A stretch of 61,868 nt of DNA, filler included, from Choristocarpus tenellus KU-1152 (Eukaryota; Protista; Phaeophyceae): NCBI GenBank assembly GCA_964200185.2. It is 9 parts of 9 records of this genome, joined end to end, with 100 filler letters (N's around TTAATTAATTAA, not from the genome) between each part and the next. Parts side by side here need not be neighbours in the genome. Positions count along the whole stretch, not along the records: positions 57,070 to 61,868 come from CAXNAD020013017.1; 8 more parts are not named here. One strand, given 5' to 3'. Below, piece after piece: positions 60,711 to 61,868 of the stretch. Under the pieces are notes generated by a model. That model ran no database searches. It saw nothing but the letters and a program-made list of their open reading frames with translations, and was not told where the DNA came from. The first letter of the stretch is position 1, and each line of letters starts with the position of its first letter. Made by a program: the position numbers and the translations under genes.

Positions 60711-61868
60711 GTGGGGGAACCGTGATGGGTGACATGCTATTGTTTTGCCTGCCATTTTTGATTAGATGGTATGGTGTGCATGCAGGTTCATCATGCTCTT
60801 TTTTTTTAATTAGTTTGGTTTGAGGTTTTGTCGCTTATTATGGGTTGTGTTGAGTATTGTTCTGAATCTGTGTATGGTGTTCTGTTCTATTTATTTTTAT
60901 TGTTCTACAGAACATTATTTGTTTTATTGTTCTATTTATTGTTTTTGTTTGTAGTGGTGGTAGCTATGGGGTACAAAAAAAAAAAGATGGTGACTAACTC
61001 TTTTTTTTTGGTTCCATCAGGAAAAAANNNNNNNNNNGTAGCTATGGGGTACAAAAAAAAAAAGAGGGTGACTAACTCTGTACCTGTGGTTCCATCAGGA
61101 ATAAACCTTTTTAAGTGTGGCATTTGCTTCCTAATGTTTTGTCTCAAAATGACATTTTCTTGAAGTGAATTTTATTGGGTTTACATATTTTTTTAAGATA
61201 GAATAGAGACAAAGGAATGTAAAAAATTGCAAAATTAGAACAATACTTGTAGCAGCAGCAATACTTGTACAATACTTGTAACAGCAAGTACGTCCTTATC
61301 GATGCCAGATTGGAAGTAGTGATTAATTGTACTCTCTTCTCTTCTTTTATTTGTTGAGAGCTCTCAGGCTTCCTAGTGGCGTTGGCTCCACTCTCCACAA
61401 TTTTATTCCCATTTAAAGTTTAAAGTATATTTTTTCAAAAGTTTGTGTCTTGATTCTCTTAGGCTGCTGCTGTCAACATCGATTTGCAAGATCATACCCT
61501 TGGGTGTGGACATGCTGTTCCACATGTGTGTATGTAGAAGTATGTGTATGTGTGTCACTGAGTAACCTTCTATTAGTATTATTATTGTTGTTGCTACTAT
61601 ATTCATTGGGGTGTTGGAGTGATAGTAGTGATAGTAGTGATATCATCCATGACGCGATGATACTGAACTGGAGAGTTAGAGTCAAAAAAAAAAATCCTTT
61701 TTGTTTCCTTTCTAGGCCTTCCAGGCACGTTTTTTCAAGTACTCACCTCTATATGTGTATTGCAAACACATAACACACATAACACACACGTGTGTACATC
61801 CTGCACACCCCACCTCACTGTATGATAGGCCTTTGAGTGGTTCTGGGGTCACAGAACCAACTTCTGGG

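Noticed and set aside
60959-61102. Direct repeat flanking a 10-N gap (similar cases near 9292, 9940 and 58432)
   Set aside because: Typical unmerged overlap at scaffold gaps next to homopolymers; likely an assembly artefact.
481-61773. Most ORF-track entries (poly-I/N/K/H-T/C-V peptides and the recurring MGSQAPNGQTG peptides)
   Set aside because: They are translations of microsatellites, MITE copies or antisense frames of real exons.

Overview
Eukaryotic nuclear DNA from a fragmented draft assembly. Nine contigs (1-4053, 4154-13614, 13715-22265, 22366-30486, 30587-33445, 33546-42012, 42113-47623, 47724-56969, 57070-61868) are joined by artificial 100-nt linkers (N44-TTAATTAATTAA-N44), so neighbourhood across linkers is not biological. 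Genes have short exons and long repeat-rich introns, which is why the ORF track mostly misses them. By hand-splicing I recover one complete 10-exon UapA-type uric acid/xanthine permease (with a GC-AG intron) and partial genes for V-ATPase subunit H, sulfite oxidase, a DUF819 membrane protein, an IQ-motif protein, a CCDC78-like coiled-coil protein, a GRAM/VASt-like protein and an orphan coiled-coil protein. The gene set and TTAGGG repeats are compatible with a flagellated, probably photosynthetic protist such as an ochrophyte stramenopile (inference only). The non-coding DNA is the most interesting part. It holds a very dense ~260-bp MITE family (11 copies or fragments, 3-bp TSD, internal 40-bp palindrome) and a sister ~180-bp family sharing the TIR core, a copia-type solo LTR, a decayed DD39D-like mariner carrying a nested MITE and LTR, a Tc1-like transposase remnant, and many short interstitial telomeric repeats, one formed inside a MITE TIR. 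I found no CRISPR, rRNA or tRNA, and no multi-gene novel system that the sequence supports.
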